DNA of 34,564 bases from Armatimonadota bacterium (GCA_037440005.1 JBBIUY010000032.1:1-34564); one strand, 5' to 3'. Numbered from the stretch's first letter, positions 9,822-18,742 are shown. Made by a program: numbers and translations. Notes: generated by a model from the letters alone, not told the origin.

Positions 9822-10202
9822 TCATGCCCGGGCGGCGCCCGGGTCCTCTCCGCACGGCTCGGGCCGGCCGGGGTCCTGGCGGGCCTTGAACGAGTGGCCG
9901 CACCCGCAGGTGTTCACGGCGTTGGGGTTGCGGACGGTGAACCCCTCGCCGAAGTGGGACCGGGTGTAGTCGATCTGGGCGCCGCGCAGGAACTGCAGGC
10001 TGTAGGAGTCCACCAGGACCCGGACGCCCCCACGCTCGAACACCTGGTCGTCTTCCCGGCGCTCGGAGTCAAAGCCCATGCCGTAGGAGAACCCCTCGCA
10101 CCCGCCCGGCTGGATGAACAGACGGAGGTAGACGTCAGGCTCGTCCTGCGACTGCAGGAGCTCCTTGAGTTTGGCCGCGGCCTGCTCGGTGATGCTGATC
10201 AT
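9822..10202 (-). CDS. HesB/IscA family A-type Fe-S carrier
   Basis: ISITEQAA, GGCEGFSYGM, NPNAVNTCGCGHSF. Confidence 0.93.
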   Translation of the reverse strand: MISITEQAAAKLKELLQSQDEPDVYLRLFIQPGGCEGFSYGMGFDSERREDDQVFERGGVRVLVDSYSLQFLRGAQIDYTRSHFGEGFTVRNPNAVNTCGCGHSFKARQDPGRPEPCGEDPGAARA

Positions 10203-10235
10203 GGATGCGCCGTCCTCCGGATTGGTTCTGGGGTG

Positions 10236-10264
10236 ATTCTATACTTTCGGCGTGAGAAATTCAA
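10236..10264 (-). promoter_or_regulatory. Sigma70-type promoter for iscA-nfu
   Basis: TTGAAT-N17-TAGAAT on the minus strand. Confidence 0.6.
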
Positions 10265-10299
10265 CTGTAGAGATTCGGCATCGCGATTACAGGTTGATT

Positions 10300-10729
10300 G
10301 AGTCTACCCGGTCTGCCCGGTCGGCCGGTCCAACTGCGTTGAAGGTCGGAGGTTGAAGGTTGGAGCCCCCTCACCCTGGCCCTCTCCCCCTGCCGGGGGA
10401 GAGGGAACGTTCTTGGGGGCATCGTGCCTCCGCGTTTCCGCATTTCCGCGATTCCGCGGTAGAGAGACCCGATGACCCAACGGCCGGGGAGACTCATAAT
10501 TCGGGTCTACCCGGTCTGCCCGGTCTGCCTTGCCGCCTGACTGCGGGATCAGGGATCAGAGATCAGGGATCAGGCCCCCTCACCCTGGCCCTCTCCCCCT
10601 GCCGGGGGAGAGGGAAGTTATTTTGGGTGTCGCGCTTCCGCGGTTCCGCGATTCCGTCCTGGGACTGCATTGGAGGTTGGAGGTTACTTCTGCGGTCGGG
10701 CGGTCGCGCGGTCGGGGGGTCGCGGGGTG
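10300..10729 (+). repeat. Composite repeat, two BoxC-like units
   Basis: Units at ~10366 and 10574; all tandem modules present. Confidence 0.9.
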
Positions 10730-10733
10730 GCGT

Positions 10734-11264
10734 TTACCGGTAGCGGAGGACCGCTCGCACGGCGGGGTCTCTGAGCAGGTCGGCCAGTTCCTCCTCGGTG
10801 AGGGGCTGCGGGGGATCGCGGTCGCTGTCCACGGGGCAGAGAAAGCCAAAGGGCTCCTCGCCCGTGTTGACGAACTGGTGGGGCACCATCGGCGGTACGT
10901 ACACCAGGTCGAAGGGAGCCACCGCCCACACCCGGCGCCCCACGACCACGTGGCCGCTCCCCCGCAGCACCACCACCGCGTGCACGTGGCGGTGCTTCTC
11001 CAGGCTGGAGTGGCCTCCGGGGGCGATCTCGAAGTAGCGCAGGCTGAACGCGCCTCCGGGACCCGTGAGGGTGTGGCGGACCACGTCGCGCCACAGCATC
11101 CCCGGAGCGTCGGCGGGCCCCAGCTTGTAGACCTGAGGCTGGACGCCCTCCCAGGTGAAGGTCTGCGGGTCGAACCTCCGGTGCAGCCGGTCGTCGGGGG
11201 GCGCGTCGCCGGGCAGGTCGCAGGAACCCGCCTCAGGCGTGGCGGACCGGAGGCGGTCGCTCAC
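10734..11264 (-). CDS. Cupin, methylthio-xylulose-5-phosphate methylsulfurylase-like
   Basis: WEGV..QVYK, LRYFEIAPGGHSSLEKHRHVH, PHQF, GFLCPVDSDRDPP; GTG start overlaps the upstream stop (GTGA); the longer 478 aa ORF call is a shadow extension. Confidence 0.8.
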   Translation of the reverse strand: MSDRLRSATPEAGSCDLPGDAPPDDRLHRRFDPQTFTWEGVQPQVYKLGPADAPGMLWRDVVRHTLTGPGGAFSLRYFEIAPGGHSSLEKHRHVHAVVVLRGSGHVVVGRRVWAVAPFDLVYVPPMVPHQFVNTGEEPFGFLCPVDSDRDPPQPLTEEELADLLRDPAVRAVLRYR

Positions 11265-12304
11265 GGCCGCACCACCACCTTCAGCGCGTCGGTGGCCTGC
11301 CGGACCAGCCGGTAGCCCTCGGCCGCTTGGTCCAGGGGCAGGCGGTGGGTGACCAGGCTCTCCACCGGCAGCCCGTCCGCCAGGTACCGCAGGGCCTGCG
11401 CGGTGTCCGGCGGGCCCGCCGAGTAGCTGGGCACCACGCGGACTTCCCGGAAGTACACGTCGTGCAGCGGCAGCGGCCAGCGGGCCTCCGGCGGCATGGG
11501 GGTGAACACCACCACGGTCCCGCCCGGGGCCGCGCACGACAGACCCGCCTCCAGAGCCTCCACCGTCCCCGGGCCCACCACCACCACGTCGGCACCGTCG
11601 CCGCCGGTGCGGCCGCGCACCGCCTTGGCCAGGTCCTCCCTGCCGACGTCCACCACCTCGGCCCCGAGGGAGCCGGCCCGCGCCAGGCGGGAGGGGACTC
11701 TGTCGGCGCCCAGCACCACCTCGGCGCCCAGGCGGCGGGCCAGCAGCACGTGCAGCAGACCCATCACCCCCAGCCCGATGACCAGGACCCGGTCTCCGGC
11801 CCCCAGGCCCGCCCGCCGGCACGCCTTGACCACGCAGGCCAGGGGCTCGATAAAAGTGGCCGCGTCGTCGGACAGCGCGGGCGGGAGGGGGCGCACGTCG
11901 GCGCAGACGACCTCCGCGGGCACCACCGCGTACTCGGCCAGCCCGCCGGGGACCAGGCGGGTGCGGCGGAAGGTGGGACAGTGGACGTAGTCGCCGCGGC
12001 GGCAGGCCCGGCAGGCCAGGCAGGGGGCGTGGTGGTGCACGAAGACGCGGTCGCCCGGCGCAAATCCGCCCGCGCCCTCCCCGGCCCGCACCACCTCGGC
12101 CACCACCTCGTGGCCGGGCACCAACGGCGCCTTGCGGGCCATGTACCAGTCCATCACCTCGCCCGGGCACAGGCCGCAGGCGCGGATGCGGACCAGCAGC
12201 TCCCCCGCCTCCGGAGGCCGCAGGGGGACGTCCTCGACCCGCAGGTCGGACGGACCGCGGTAGACCACGGCCCGGGTGATGGCGGGCAGGACCTCTACGC
12301 CCAC
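11261..12304 (-). CDS. Zn-dependent medium-chain (polyol-type) dehydrogenase
   Basis: ACGLCPGE, GHE, CLACRACRRGDYVHC, FIEPLACV, GLGVMG. Confidence 0.88.
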   Translation of the reverse strand: MGVEVLPAITRAVVYRGPSDLRVEDVPLRPPEAGELLVRIRACGLCPGEVMDWYMARKAPLVPGHEVVAEVVRAGEGAGGFAPGDRVFVHHHAPCLACRACRRGDYVHCPTFRRTRLVPGGLAEYAVVPAEVVCADVRPLPPALSDDAATFIEPLACVVKACRRAGLGAGDRVLVIGLGVMGLLHVLLARRLGAEVVLGADRVPSRLARAGSLGAEVVDVGREDLAKAVRGRTGGDGADVVVVGPGTVEALEAGLSCAAPGGTVVVFTPMPPEARWPLPLHDVYFREVRVVPSYSAGPPDTAQALRYLADGLPVESLVTHRLPLDQAAEGYRLVRQATDALKVVVRP

Positions 12305-13413
12305 GGAGCGGCCTCGGGCAGGACGGCGTACTTCACCCCGTTCCCCCGGTCCAGGGAGGCGAACACGTCCGCGATGGCGGCCAGCTCCCGCACCCCCGTC
12401 ACCAGCGGGCGGACGTCCAGCAGGCCGCGGGCCAGCAGGTGGTGGGCCTCCTCCACGTCCCGCGGCCGGTAGTGGAACGCGTTGAGGATGTCCACCTCGT
12501 CGTAGTGCAGCCGCGTGGCGTCAAACGCCACCTGGGCCCCGCCGGCCAGCCCCGCGAACAGGACCACCCGGCCGCCGGAGGCGGCCCACCGCGGCGCCTC
12601 CACCCACATGGAGGGGCTGCCGGTGCACTCGATGACCACGTCGGCCCCGGTCCCGCCGGTGGCCTCCCGGACGCGGGAGGTCAGATCGCCGGCCTCGGTG
12701 TCCACCACCGCGTGGGCGCCCATGCGCAGCGCCAGGTCCAGCCGCTCCCGGCGGCGTCCCACGGCCACCACGCGGGCCCCCAGGGTCCGGGCCAGGCGCA
12801 CGTGCAGGAGCCCGATGGCGCCCAGCCCCACCACCGCCACCTGCTCGGGGACGCGCGGCCGCAACCGGTCCCAGGCGTGGACCACGCAGGACAGGGGCTC
12901 CAGGAACGCCGCCTCGATGTAGGACAGCCCGGCCGGCTTGGGCAGCAGGTGATGCCGAACCACCTTGCCGGTGACCAGCAGGTAGTCGGCGTACGCCCCC
13001 AGCACGATGTCGTCGAACTGGCGCTCGCAGAGGTTCTCCCGCCCGCGCCGGCAGGGCGGGCAGGACCCGCACGGAGCCGTGGGGGTGGGGACGACGGCGT
13101 CTCCCTCCCGCACGTGGCGGACCCCCTGCCCCACCGCGACCACGTCGCCGGCGCACTCGTGGCCGAACGGGCCGAAGGGGACCTTGGGGTGCCCGCGGCG
13201 GTAGGTCTTCAGATCGGTCCCGCAGGTGAGGGCCGCCCGGACCCGCAGGAGGACCTGCCCGGGACCGGGCGCGGGCACCGGGCGGGTGACCAGCTCGATG
13301 CGCCGGGGCTCCCGGAGGACGGCCTGGCGCATGACGGAGCCCGGTCCCAAGTCGGGGACCCGGGGGTCGGACAGGAGCTCTACGTGTTCGCTGGCGTGCC
13401 CGTCAGGCCTCAC
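12295..13413 (-). CDS. Zn-dependent medium-chain (polyol-type) dehydrogenase
   Basis: TCGTD, GHE, CGSCPPCRRGRENLC, FLEPLSCV, GLGAIG; GAGGT RBS before GTG 13413 (alternative ATG at 13332). Confidence 0.88.
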   Translation of the reverse strand: MRPDGHASEHVELLSDPRVPDLGPGSVMRQAVLREPRRIELVTRPVPAPGPGQVLLRVRAALTCGTDLKTYRRGHPKVPFGPFGHECAGDVVAVGQGVRHVREGDAVVPTPTAPCGSCPPCRRGRENLCERQFDDIVLGAYADYLLVTGKVVRHHLLPKPAGLSYIEAAFLEPLSCVVHAWDRLRPRVPEQVAVVGLGAIGLLHVRLARTLGARVVAVGRRRERLDLALRMGAHAVVDTEAGDLTSRVREATGGTGADVVIECTGSPSMWVEAPRWAASGGRVVLFAGLAGGAQVAFDATRLHYDEVDILNAFHYRPRDVEEAHHLLARGLLDVRPLVTGVRELAAIADVFASLDRGNGVKYAVLPEAAPWA

Positions 13414-13472
13414 GTGCGCACCTCAAGAGGGACCGAGCCCGGGGGAGAGACGACCTCTCTCCCGGCGCCGCC

Positions 13473-14657
13473 TTACTGCCGCCGGGGTGGGCCGGCCTCC
13501 ACCGGATACTGTTCGTTCATCCACGCCACGATCCCGCCGGCCAGGTTGACGGCGCGCGGGTAGCCGGCAGCCTGCAGCGTCTGGGTCACGGTGGCGCTGC
13601 GGTTGCCGGTGGCGCAGTAGACGACGGTGGTCCTGTCCTTGGGGATCTCCTCCAGGCGCCGGGGGAGTTCGGCCATCGGGATGAACAGCGCGCCGGGGAT
13701 GCGGGCGGTGACCCACTCCCACTCCTCCCGCACGTCCAGCAGCACCGCCTCCCCCCGCGCCACCAGGGCCCGGGCCTCGGCCGGACTCACCTCCGGCACG
13801 GCCGCCGCGGCCGCCGGCTGGGGCTGCGGGTGAGGCCGCGGGACGCCGCAGAAGGCCTCGTAGTCGATGAGCTGGGTGATGGTGGGGTGGTCGCCGCAGA
13901 CCGGGCAGTCGGGATTGCGGCTCCAGCGGACCGTGCGGATCTCCGCGGTCAGGGCGTCCACGATGAGCAGGCGGTTGCTGAGGGTCTCCCCCCGCCCCAG
14001 CAGGATCTTGATCGTCTCCAGCGCCTGCAGGGTGCCCATGAAGCCCGCCACGGCCCCGATGATGCCGCCCTCGGCGCAGCTCGGCACGGTGCCCGGCGGC
14101 GGGGGAGTGGGGAACAGGCACCGGTAGCAGCCGCGGCCGGGCAGGAAGACGGTGGCGTGGCCCTCCCACCTCAGGATGCTGGCGTCCACCAGGGGCTTGC
14201 CCAGAAACACGCAGGCGTCGTTGACCAGGTACCGGGTGGGGAAGTTGTCGGAGCCGTTCACCACCACGTCGTAGTCGGCGATGATGTCCAGGGCATTCTC
14301 GCTGCTGAGGACCGTCTGGTGCGGGACCACCGTCACGTCGGGATTGATGTCTTCCAGGGTCCGGCGCGCCGACTGGGTCTTGGGCCGGCCGATGTCGTGG
14401 GTGAAGTGGAGGATCTGGCGGTGCAGGTTGGACAGGTCCACCCGGTCCCCGTCCACCACGCCCAGGGTGCCGACTCCCGCCGCCGCCAGGTACAGGGCGG
14501 CGGGGCTGCCCAGGCCGCCGGCGCCGACGATCAGCACCTTGCTGTCCAGCAACAGGCGCTGTCCGGCCAGACCCACCTCCTCCAGGATGGTCTGCCGCGA
14601 GTACCGCTCCATCTGCTCGGCGGTGAGCAGCGGACCGGGTCGGGTGACCAGCGTCAT
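13473..14657 (-). CDS. moeZ: MoeB/MoeZ-type adenylyltransferase-sulfurtransferase (ThiF + rhodanese)
   Basis: RYSRQ, GAGGLG, SNLHRQ, DNFPTRY, CYRC, SCAEGG, CPVC; C-terminal rhodanese with YCATGNRS. Confidence 0.88.
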   Translation of the reverse strand: MTLVTRPGPLLTAEQMERYSRQTILEEVGLAGQRLLLDSKVLIVGAGGLGSPAALYLAAAGVGTLGVVDGDRVDLSNLHRQILHFTHDIGRPKTQSARRTLEDINPDVTVVPHQTVLSSENALDIIADYDVVVNGSDNFPTRYLVNDACVFLGKPLVDASILRWEGHATVFLPGRGCYRCLFPTPPPPGTVPSCAEGGIIGAVAGFMGTLQALETIKILLGRGETLSNRLLIVDALTAEIRTVRWSRNPDCPVCGDHPTITQLIDYEAFCGVPRPHPQPQPAAAAAVPEVSPAEARALVARGEAVLLDVREEWEWVTARIPGALFIPMAELPRRLEEIPKDRTTVVYCATGNRSATVTQTLQAAGYPRAVNLAGGIVAWMNEQYPVEAGPPRRQ

Positions 14658-14679
14658 CCTCGTGCCTCCTGCACCGATT

Positions 14680-14712
14680 GTTGACCAGTCAACTGCGGAT
14701 TCGATTGTACCA
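14680..14712 (-). promoter_or_regulatory. Extended -10 promoter (TGgTACAAT) with a downstream GTTGAC-N2-GTCAAC palindrome
   Basis: TACAAT at 14704-14709; palindrome at 14680-14693; AGGAGG RBS before moeZ. Confidence 0.6.
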
Positions 14713-14877
14713 CGCCGTCACGGGCGCGGGTATCTTCGGCCGGGCGGAGCCCCCTCCCTGCCCCGCGCCCGCGTCGCGCGGCACGGGGGCAGACCCGGGC
14801 GGGTCGGGATCGCCCCGCCGCTGCGACAGGCCGCGCCTGTCCCAGCCGGGGGGTGGAGCCGCTGCGGCGGGGGAATG

Positions 14878-14883
14878 TATAAT
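14878..14883 (+). promoter_or_regulatory. -10 element TATAAT for the ferredoxin-NADP reductase gene
   Basis: Perfect TATAAT ~35 nt upstream of the ATG, followed by an AAGGAGG RBS. Confidence 0.55.
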
Positions 14884-14917
14884 GGCGCAGCGTGCGGAAG
14901 GAGGGGACGCGCCGGCC

Positions 14918-15937
14918 ATGAGCGCCGACGAGGTGTACGACCTCACCATCATCGGGGCGGGGCCCACGGGGCTGTTCGCCGCCTACTACGCGGGCTTCCG
15001 GGGCCTGCGGACCAAGATCATCGACAGCCAGCCGGACCTGGGCGGCCAGATCACCGCCCTGTACCCCGACAAGTACATCTACGATGTCGCCGGCTTCCCC
15101 AAGATCCTGGGCAAGGATTTGGTCCGCAACCTGGTGGAGCAGACGATGCAGTACAACCCCACCATCCACCTCAACGAGAGCGTGCAGACCCTGGACCGGC
15201 TGCCCGACGGGACCATCCGGCTCGGGACCGACCTGGGCGTCCACCTGACCCGGGTGGCGGTCATCACCGCCGGCATCGGCGCCTTCACCCCCAAGACCTT
15301 CAAGCGCCCCGAGCTGGACCAGTGGATGGGCCGGGGGCTGTACTTCGCGGTGCGGAACAAGGAGGACTTCCGGGACAAGCGGCTGCTGGTGATCGGCGGC
15401 GGGGACTCGGCCCTGGACTGGGCCCTGGGACTGCTGGACTACGCCCGGGAGATCACCCTGATCCACCGGCGGGACGGATTCCGGGCCCACGAGGACAGCG
15501 TGCGCAAGCTGTTCGCCTCGCCGGTCCGGGTGAAGCTGTTCTACGAGCTGCGGGCCCTGCGGGGAGACTCCCGGGTGCGGGAGGCCGTCATCTACCACAA
15601 CAAGACCCAGGAGGAGGAGACGCTGGAGGTGGACGCGGTCCTGGCCTTCCTGGGCCTGGTCAGCAACCTGGGCCCCATCCGGGAGTGGGGGCTGCAGATC
15701 CAGGACGACGCCATCGTGGTGAACTCCAAGATGGAGACCAACATCCCGGGCGTGTACGCCGCCGGCGACGTCGTCACCTTCCCGGGCAAGCTCAAGCTGA
15801 TCGTGACCGGGTTCGGCGAAGCGGCCACGGCCGTCAACAACGCCGTCACCTATCTCAACCCCAAGGCGTCGGCGTTCCCGGGCCACTCGTCGTCCATCAT
15901 GGAGCAGAAGGAGAAGGCGGCGGGGAGGACGCGATAA
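14918..15937 (+). CDS. TrxR-type ferredoxin-NADP+ reductase (YumC-like)
   Basis: GAGPTG, LGGQITALYPDKYIYDVAGFP, GGGDSALDWA, HRRDGFRAHE, GKLKLI, PGHSS; no CxxC. Confidence 0.88.
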   Translation: MSADEVYDLTIIGAGPTGLFAAYYAGFRGLRTKIIDSQPDLGGQITALYPDKYIYDVAGFPKILGKDLVRNLVEQTMQYNPTIHLNESVQTLDRLPDGTIRLGTDLGVHLTRVAVITAGIGAFTPKTFKRPELDQWMGRGLYFAVRNKEDFRDKRLLVIGGGDSALDWALGLLDYAREITLIHRRDGFRAHEDSVRKLFASPVRVKLFYELRALRGDSRVREAVIYHNKTQEEETLEVDAVLAFLGLVSNLGPIREWGLQIQDDAIVVNSKMETNIPGVYAAGDVVTFPGKLKLIVTGFGEAATAVNNAVTYLNPKASAFPGHSSSIMEQKEKAAGRTR

Positions 15938-15939
15938 CA

Positions 15940-16161
15940 GGGTCTACCCGGTCTACCCGGTCTGCCTTGCCGCCTGACTGCGGGATCAGGCATCAGGCCC
16001 CCTCACCCTGGCCCTCTCCCCCTGAGGGGGAGAGGGGAGTCGTATCGCGTTTCCGCGCTTCCGCGTTTCCGCATTGTGCTGCGTTGAAGGTTGGAGGTTG
16101 AAGGTTGGATCCCCCTCACCCTGGCCCTCTCCCCCTGCCGGGGGAGAGGGGATGTTCTTGG
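15940..16161 (+). repeat. Composite repeat between convergent genes, two BoxC-like units
   Basis: Units at ~15997 and 16111. Confidence 0.9.
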
Positions 16162-16179
16162 GGCATACGGGAAGACTCG

Positions 16180-16623
16180 TTAGAGTTGTAAGAGCGCCTT
16201 CAGGGCGGGGAGGCGGTGCTTGCTGAGGGGGACGTCCCGGCCGCCCTCCAGAGTCAGGCTGTAGGCGTTGCGGGTCCAGGGGATGAGGCTGCGCACGTGG
16301 GCCAGGTTGACCAGGTATGCCCGGTGGCAGCGGAAGAAGTGAAAGGGCTCCAGGCGGGCCGTCAGCCGGTCCAGGGGGAGACGGCTGCGCAGCTCTCCCT
16401 GGCGGGTCACGACCATCGTCCGGTCGCCGTCGGCGTAGCAGTACAGGATCTCCGCCAGGGGCAGCAGGCGGATCTCGCCGTCCAGGTACACCGGCAGGCG
16501 CTCGGAGACGCCGGCGACGGGCGCGGCGGCCGGCAGCGGCCGGCCGCCGGCGGAGAGGGCTACGACGGTCCCGGTGCGCAGGACCAGCGCGGGCTGCGAA
16601 CGGGGGGAAGGCTTTCCGGGCAT
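16180..16623 (-). CDS. Stand-alone LytTR DNA-binding domain protein
   Basis: EILYCYA, FFRCHRAYLVNL, VPLSK; GGAGGAGG RBS before ATG 16623; the longer ORF runs through repeat DNA. Confidence 0.85.
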   Translation of the reverse strand: MPGKPSPRSQPALVLRTGTVVALSAGGRPLPAAAPVAGVSERLPVYLDGEIRLLPLAEILYCYADGDRTMVVTRQGELRSRLPLDRLTARLEPFHFFRCHRAYLVNLAHVRSLIPWTRNAYSLTLEGGRDVPLSKHRLPALKALLQL

Positions 16624-16714
16624 GCGACTCGCCTCCTCCTCCACCATCGCCGGAGGCGCGGGCCGTGCCAAGACCCGGACGGGCCAGACGGATATGGCTG
16701 GAATCGGGGGTTTG

Positions 16715-17050
16715 TCGAGTCTACTACAGAGTCTACCCGGTCGACCCGGTCTACCCGGTCTAACGGCGTTGAAGGTTGAAGGTTGGAGGTTGGAGCCCCC
16801 CCACCCTGGCCCTCTCCCCCTGCCGGGGGAGAGGGGATGTTTATGGGGGGCATCGCGCTTCCGCGTTTCCGCGATTCCGCCTTGGGGCTGCGTTGAAGGT
16901 TGAAGGTTGGAGGTTGGAGCCCCCTCACCCTGGCCCTCTCTCCCTGCCGGGGGAGAGGGGATGTTTATGGGGGGTATCGCGCTTCCGCGTTTCCGCGATT
17001 CCACGGTAGGTAGACCCGATGACCCAACGACCGGGTAGACCGGGGAGAGC
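16715..17050 (+). repeat. Composite repeat, two near-identical ~120 bp direct units
   Basis: 16768-16882 closely matches 16891-17002. Confidence 0.9.
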
Positions 17051-17055
17051 GTAGT

Positions 17056-17697
17056 TTAGGGTTTGATGAGGCCGCGGCGGACGGCGTAGGCGGCGGCTTC
17101 GACGCGGCCGCGGACGCCCAGTTTGCGGTACACGCCCTTGAGGTGGTTGCGGACCGTGTGGGGGCTCAGCCTCAGCTGAGCGGCCACCTCGCCGATCGAG
17201 GCGCCCAGGGAGATCATCTGCAGCACCTGAAGCTCCCGGCGCGACAGGGCGCACGGATCCCGCCACCGGGCCACGGCCCGGGCCACCCGCTGCAGGGCCG
17301 CAGAACTGACCTTCGGGTACACCACCCCCTCGCCCCGGGCCACGGTGCGGACGGCCTCCAGCAGCTCCTCCGGCGCCGCGGTCTTCAGCAGGTAGCCCGC
17401 GGCCCCCGCCCGCATCGCCTCCAGGGCGTAGGCCTCCTGGTCGTGCATCGTCAGGATGAGAACCGGGACGTCGGGCAGCTGCCGTCGCAGCGTCCAGGTG
17501 GCCTCGATGCCGTCCATGCCGGGCAAACTCACGTCCATCAGGACCAGGGACGGACGGAGGGACCGGGCCAGGGCGACGGCCTCGGGGCCGGTGGCCGCCA
17601 CCCCCACCACCTGGATGGCGGCGTCCTGCTGGAGCAGGCGGGCCAGGGCCTCGGCGACCAGGCGGTGGTCGTCGACGACGAGCAGGCGGATGCCCAC
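17056..17697 (-). CDS. NarL/LuxR family response regulator
   Basis: VVDDH, LMDVSLP, LTMH, GYLLK, LSRRELQVL, TVRNHL. Confidence 0.92.
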   Translation of the reverse strand: MGIRLLVVDDHRLVAEALARLLQQDAAIQVVGVAATGPEAVALARSLRPSLVLMDVSLPGMDGIEATWTLRRQLPDVPVLILTMHDQEAYALEAMRAGAAGYLLKTAAPEELLEAVRTVARGEGVVYPKVSSAALQRVARAVARWRDPCALSRRELQVLQMISLGASIGEVAAQLRLSPHTVRNHLKGVYRKLGVRGRVEAAAYAVRRGLIKP

Positions 17698-17779
17698 GAC
17701 GCCCCTCCGCCCTCTCCGCCGGCATGCTAGCAGGCCGCGGACGGCGGAGGAAGTGGCACAAACGGGGGACGCGCGGCGG

Positions 17780-18010
17780 TCAGGCGTCCAGCAGCCGGAA
17801 CAGGCGCTGCTTGAGGTCGGCGGGCACCGGCCCCTCGCGGCACTTCCGCTCGATCAGCTCGCGCAGCCGGCGCTGGAACTCATAGCGGGGGCCGCATTCG
17901 GAGCAGGCCTGCACGTGCGCCTGGATCTCCAGATAGCGAGCTTCGTCCATCTCGCCGTCCAGGTACTCCCAGACCATCCGCAGGACCTGCTCGCAGTCCA
18001 GCTCGGTCAT
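17780..18010 (-). CDS. Zinc-binding anti-sigma factor (RsrA/RshA-like)
   Basis: DC..V....WEYLDGE, HxxxCxxC (HVQACSEC); ATGA overlap with the sigma gene. Confidence 0.88.
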   Translation of the reverse strand: MTELDCEQVLRMVWEYLDGEMDEARYLEIQAHVQACSECGPRYEFQRRLRELIERKCREGPVPADLKQRLFRLLDA

Positions 18011-18648
18011 CGCCCCCCACCCCCCGCCGGCGGGACGTCGGCACGGGCGTACCGCGCCCGGCGGGCGTACTCCCACAGGGCCACCTGCAGGCGGCGCCGC
18101 GCCCGGTGCAGGCGGGACATGACCGTCCCGATGGGGATCCCCAACATCTCGGCGATCTCCCGGTAGGAGAACCCCTCGATGTCGGCCAGGACCACCACTT
18201 CCCGGAAGGGATCGGGCAGGCTGTCCAGGGCCGCCTTCACGTCGGCGTCCATGAGGGTGGCCAGGAACGCCTCCTCGGGGTTGCCGGATCGGCGGAAGTC
18301 CTCGCTCTCCTGCACCCGGGAGTACAGGTAGAACTCGTCCACGTCCTCCTGGTCCACCACCTCCGGCTCCCGGGAGGCCTTGCGGTAGCCGTCGATGTAG
18401 GCGTTCATGAGGATGCGGTACAGCCAGGCGCGGGCGTTGGTGCCGGGCTGGAAGGTGTGGAACGAGCGCCACGCCCGCAGGAAAGTCTCCTGGAGCAGGT
18501 CCTCGGCCCGCGCCCGGTTGCGGGTCAGGCGCAGGGCGGTGCCGAACAGGCCGTCCAGGTGCGCCTCCACCAGGGCCGTGAAGCGCTGCCGGTCGTCGGC
18601 TGCCGTCTCGGCTACTGGGACCACCGTCGTCGCTCCCATGGCGGGCAT
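18007..18648 (-). CDS. ECF sigma factor, SigH/SigR-like
   Basis: AEDLLQETF, FQPGTNARAWLYRILMN, EGFSYREIA, PIGTVMSRLHRAR; start at 18648 (alternative 18639). Confidence 0.9.
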   Translation of the reverse strand: MPAMGATTVVPVAETAADDRQRFTALVEAHLDGLFGTALRLTRNRARAEDLLQETFLRAWRSFHTFQPGTNARAWLYRILMNAYIDGYRKASREPEVVDQEDVDEFYLYSRVQESEDFRRSGNPEEAFLATLMDADVKAALDSLPDPFREVVVLADIEGFSYREIAEMLGIPIGTVMSRLHRARRRLQVALWEYARRARYARADVPPAGGGGR

Positions 18649-18655
18649 CCGGTCC

Positions 18656-18681
18656 AACGCCTCCGGGCGCCCCGGCATTCC
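18656..18681 (-). promoter_or_regulatory. SigH/SigR-type promoter GGAAT-N18-GTT
   Basis: Consensus spacing; ends 7 nt before ATG 18648. Confidence 0.7.
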
Positions 18682-18742
18682 CCGCCGAAAACACAACCAG
18701 GCCGGGCCTATGCCCGGCCTGGAGAGCACCGAACCTGCGCCT

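Noticed and set aside
10734..12170. 478 aa ORF, and similarly 17780-18694, 18743-20080 and 16180-17004, as fusion proteins
   Set aside because: The N-terminal extensions are alternate-frame read-through of upstream genes or repeats; the real starts are at overlap or RBS positions
13473..14657. Molybdopterin or thiamine biosynthesis role for the MoeB-like gene
   Set aside because: No moaE, moaA or thiG nearby; a shared role elsewhere in the genome cannot be excluded
14918..15937. Thioredoxin reductase
   Set aside because: Lacks the CxxC active site and has FNR-type motifs
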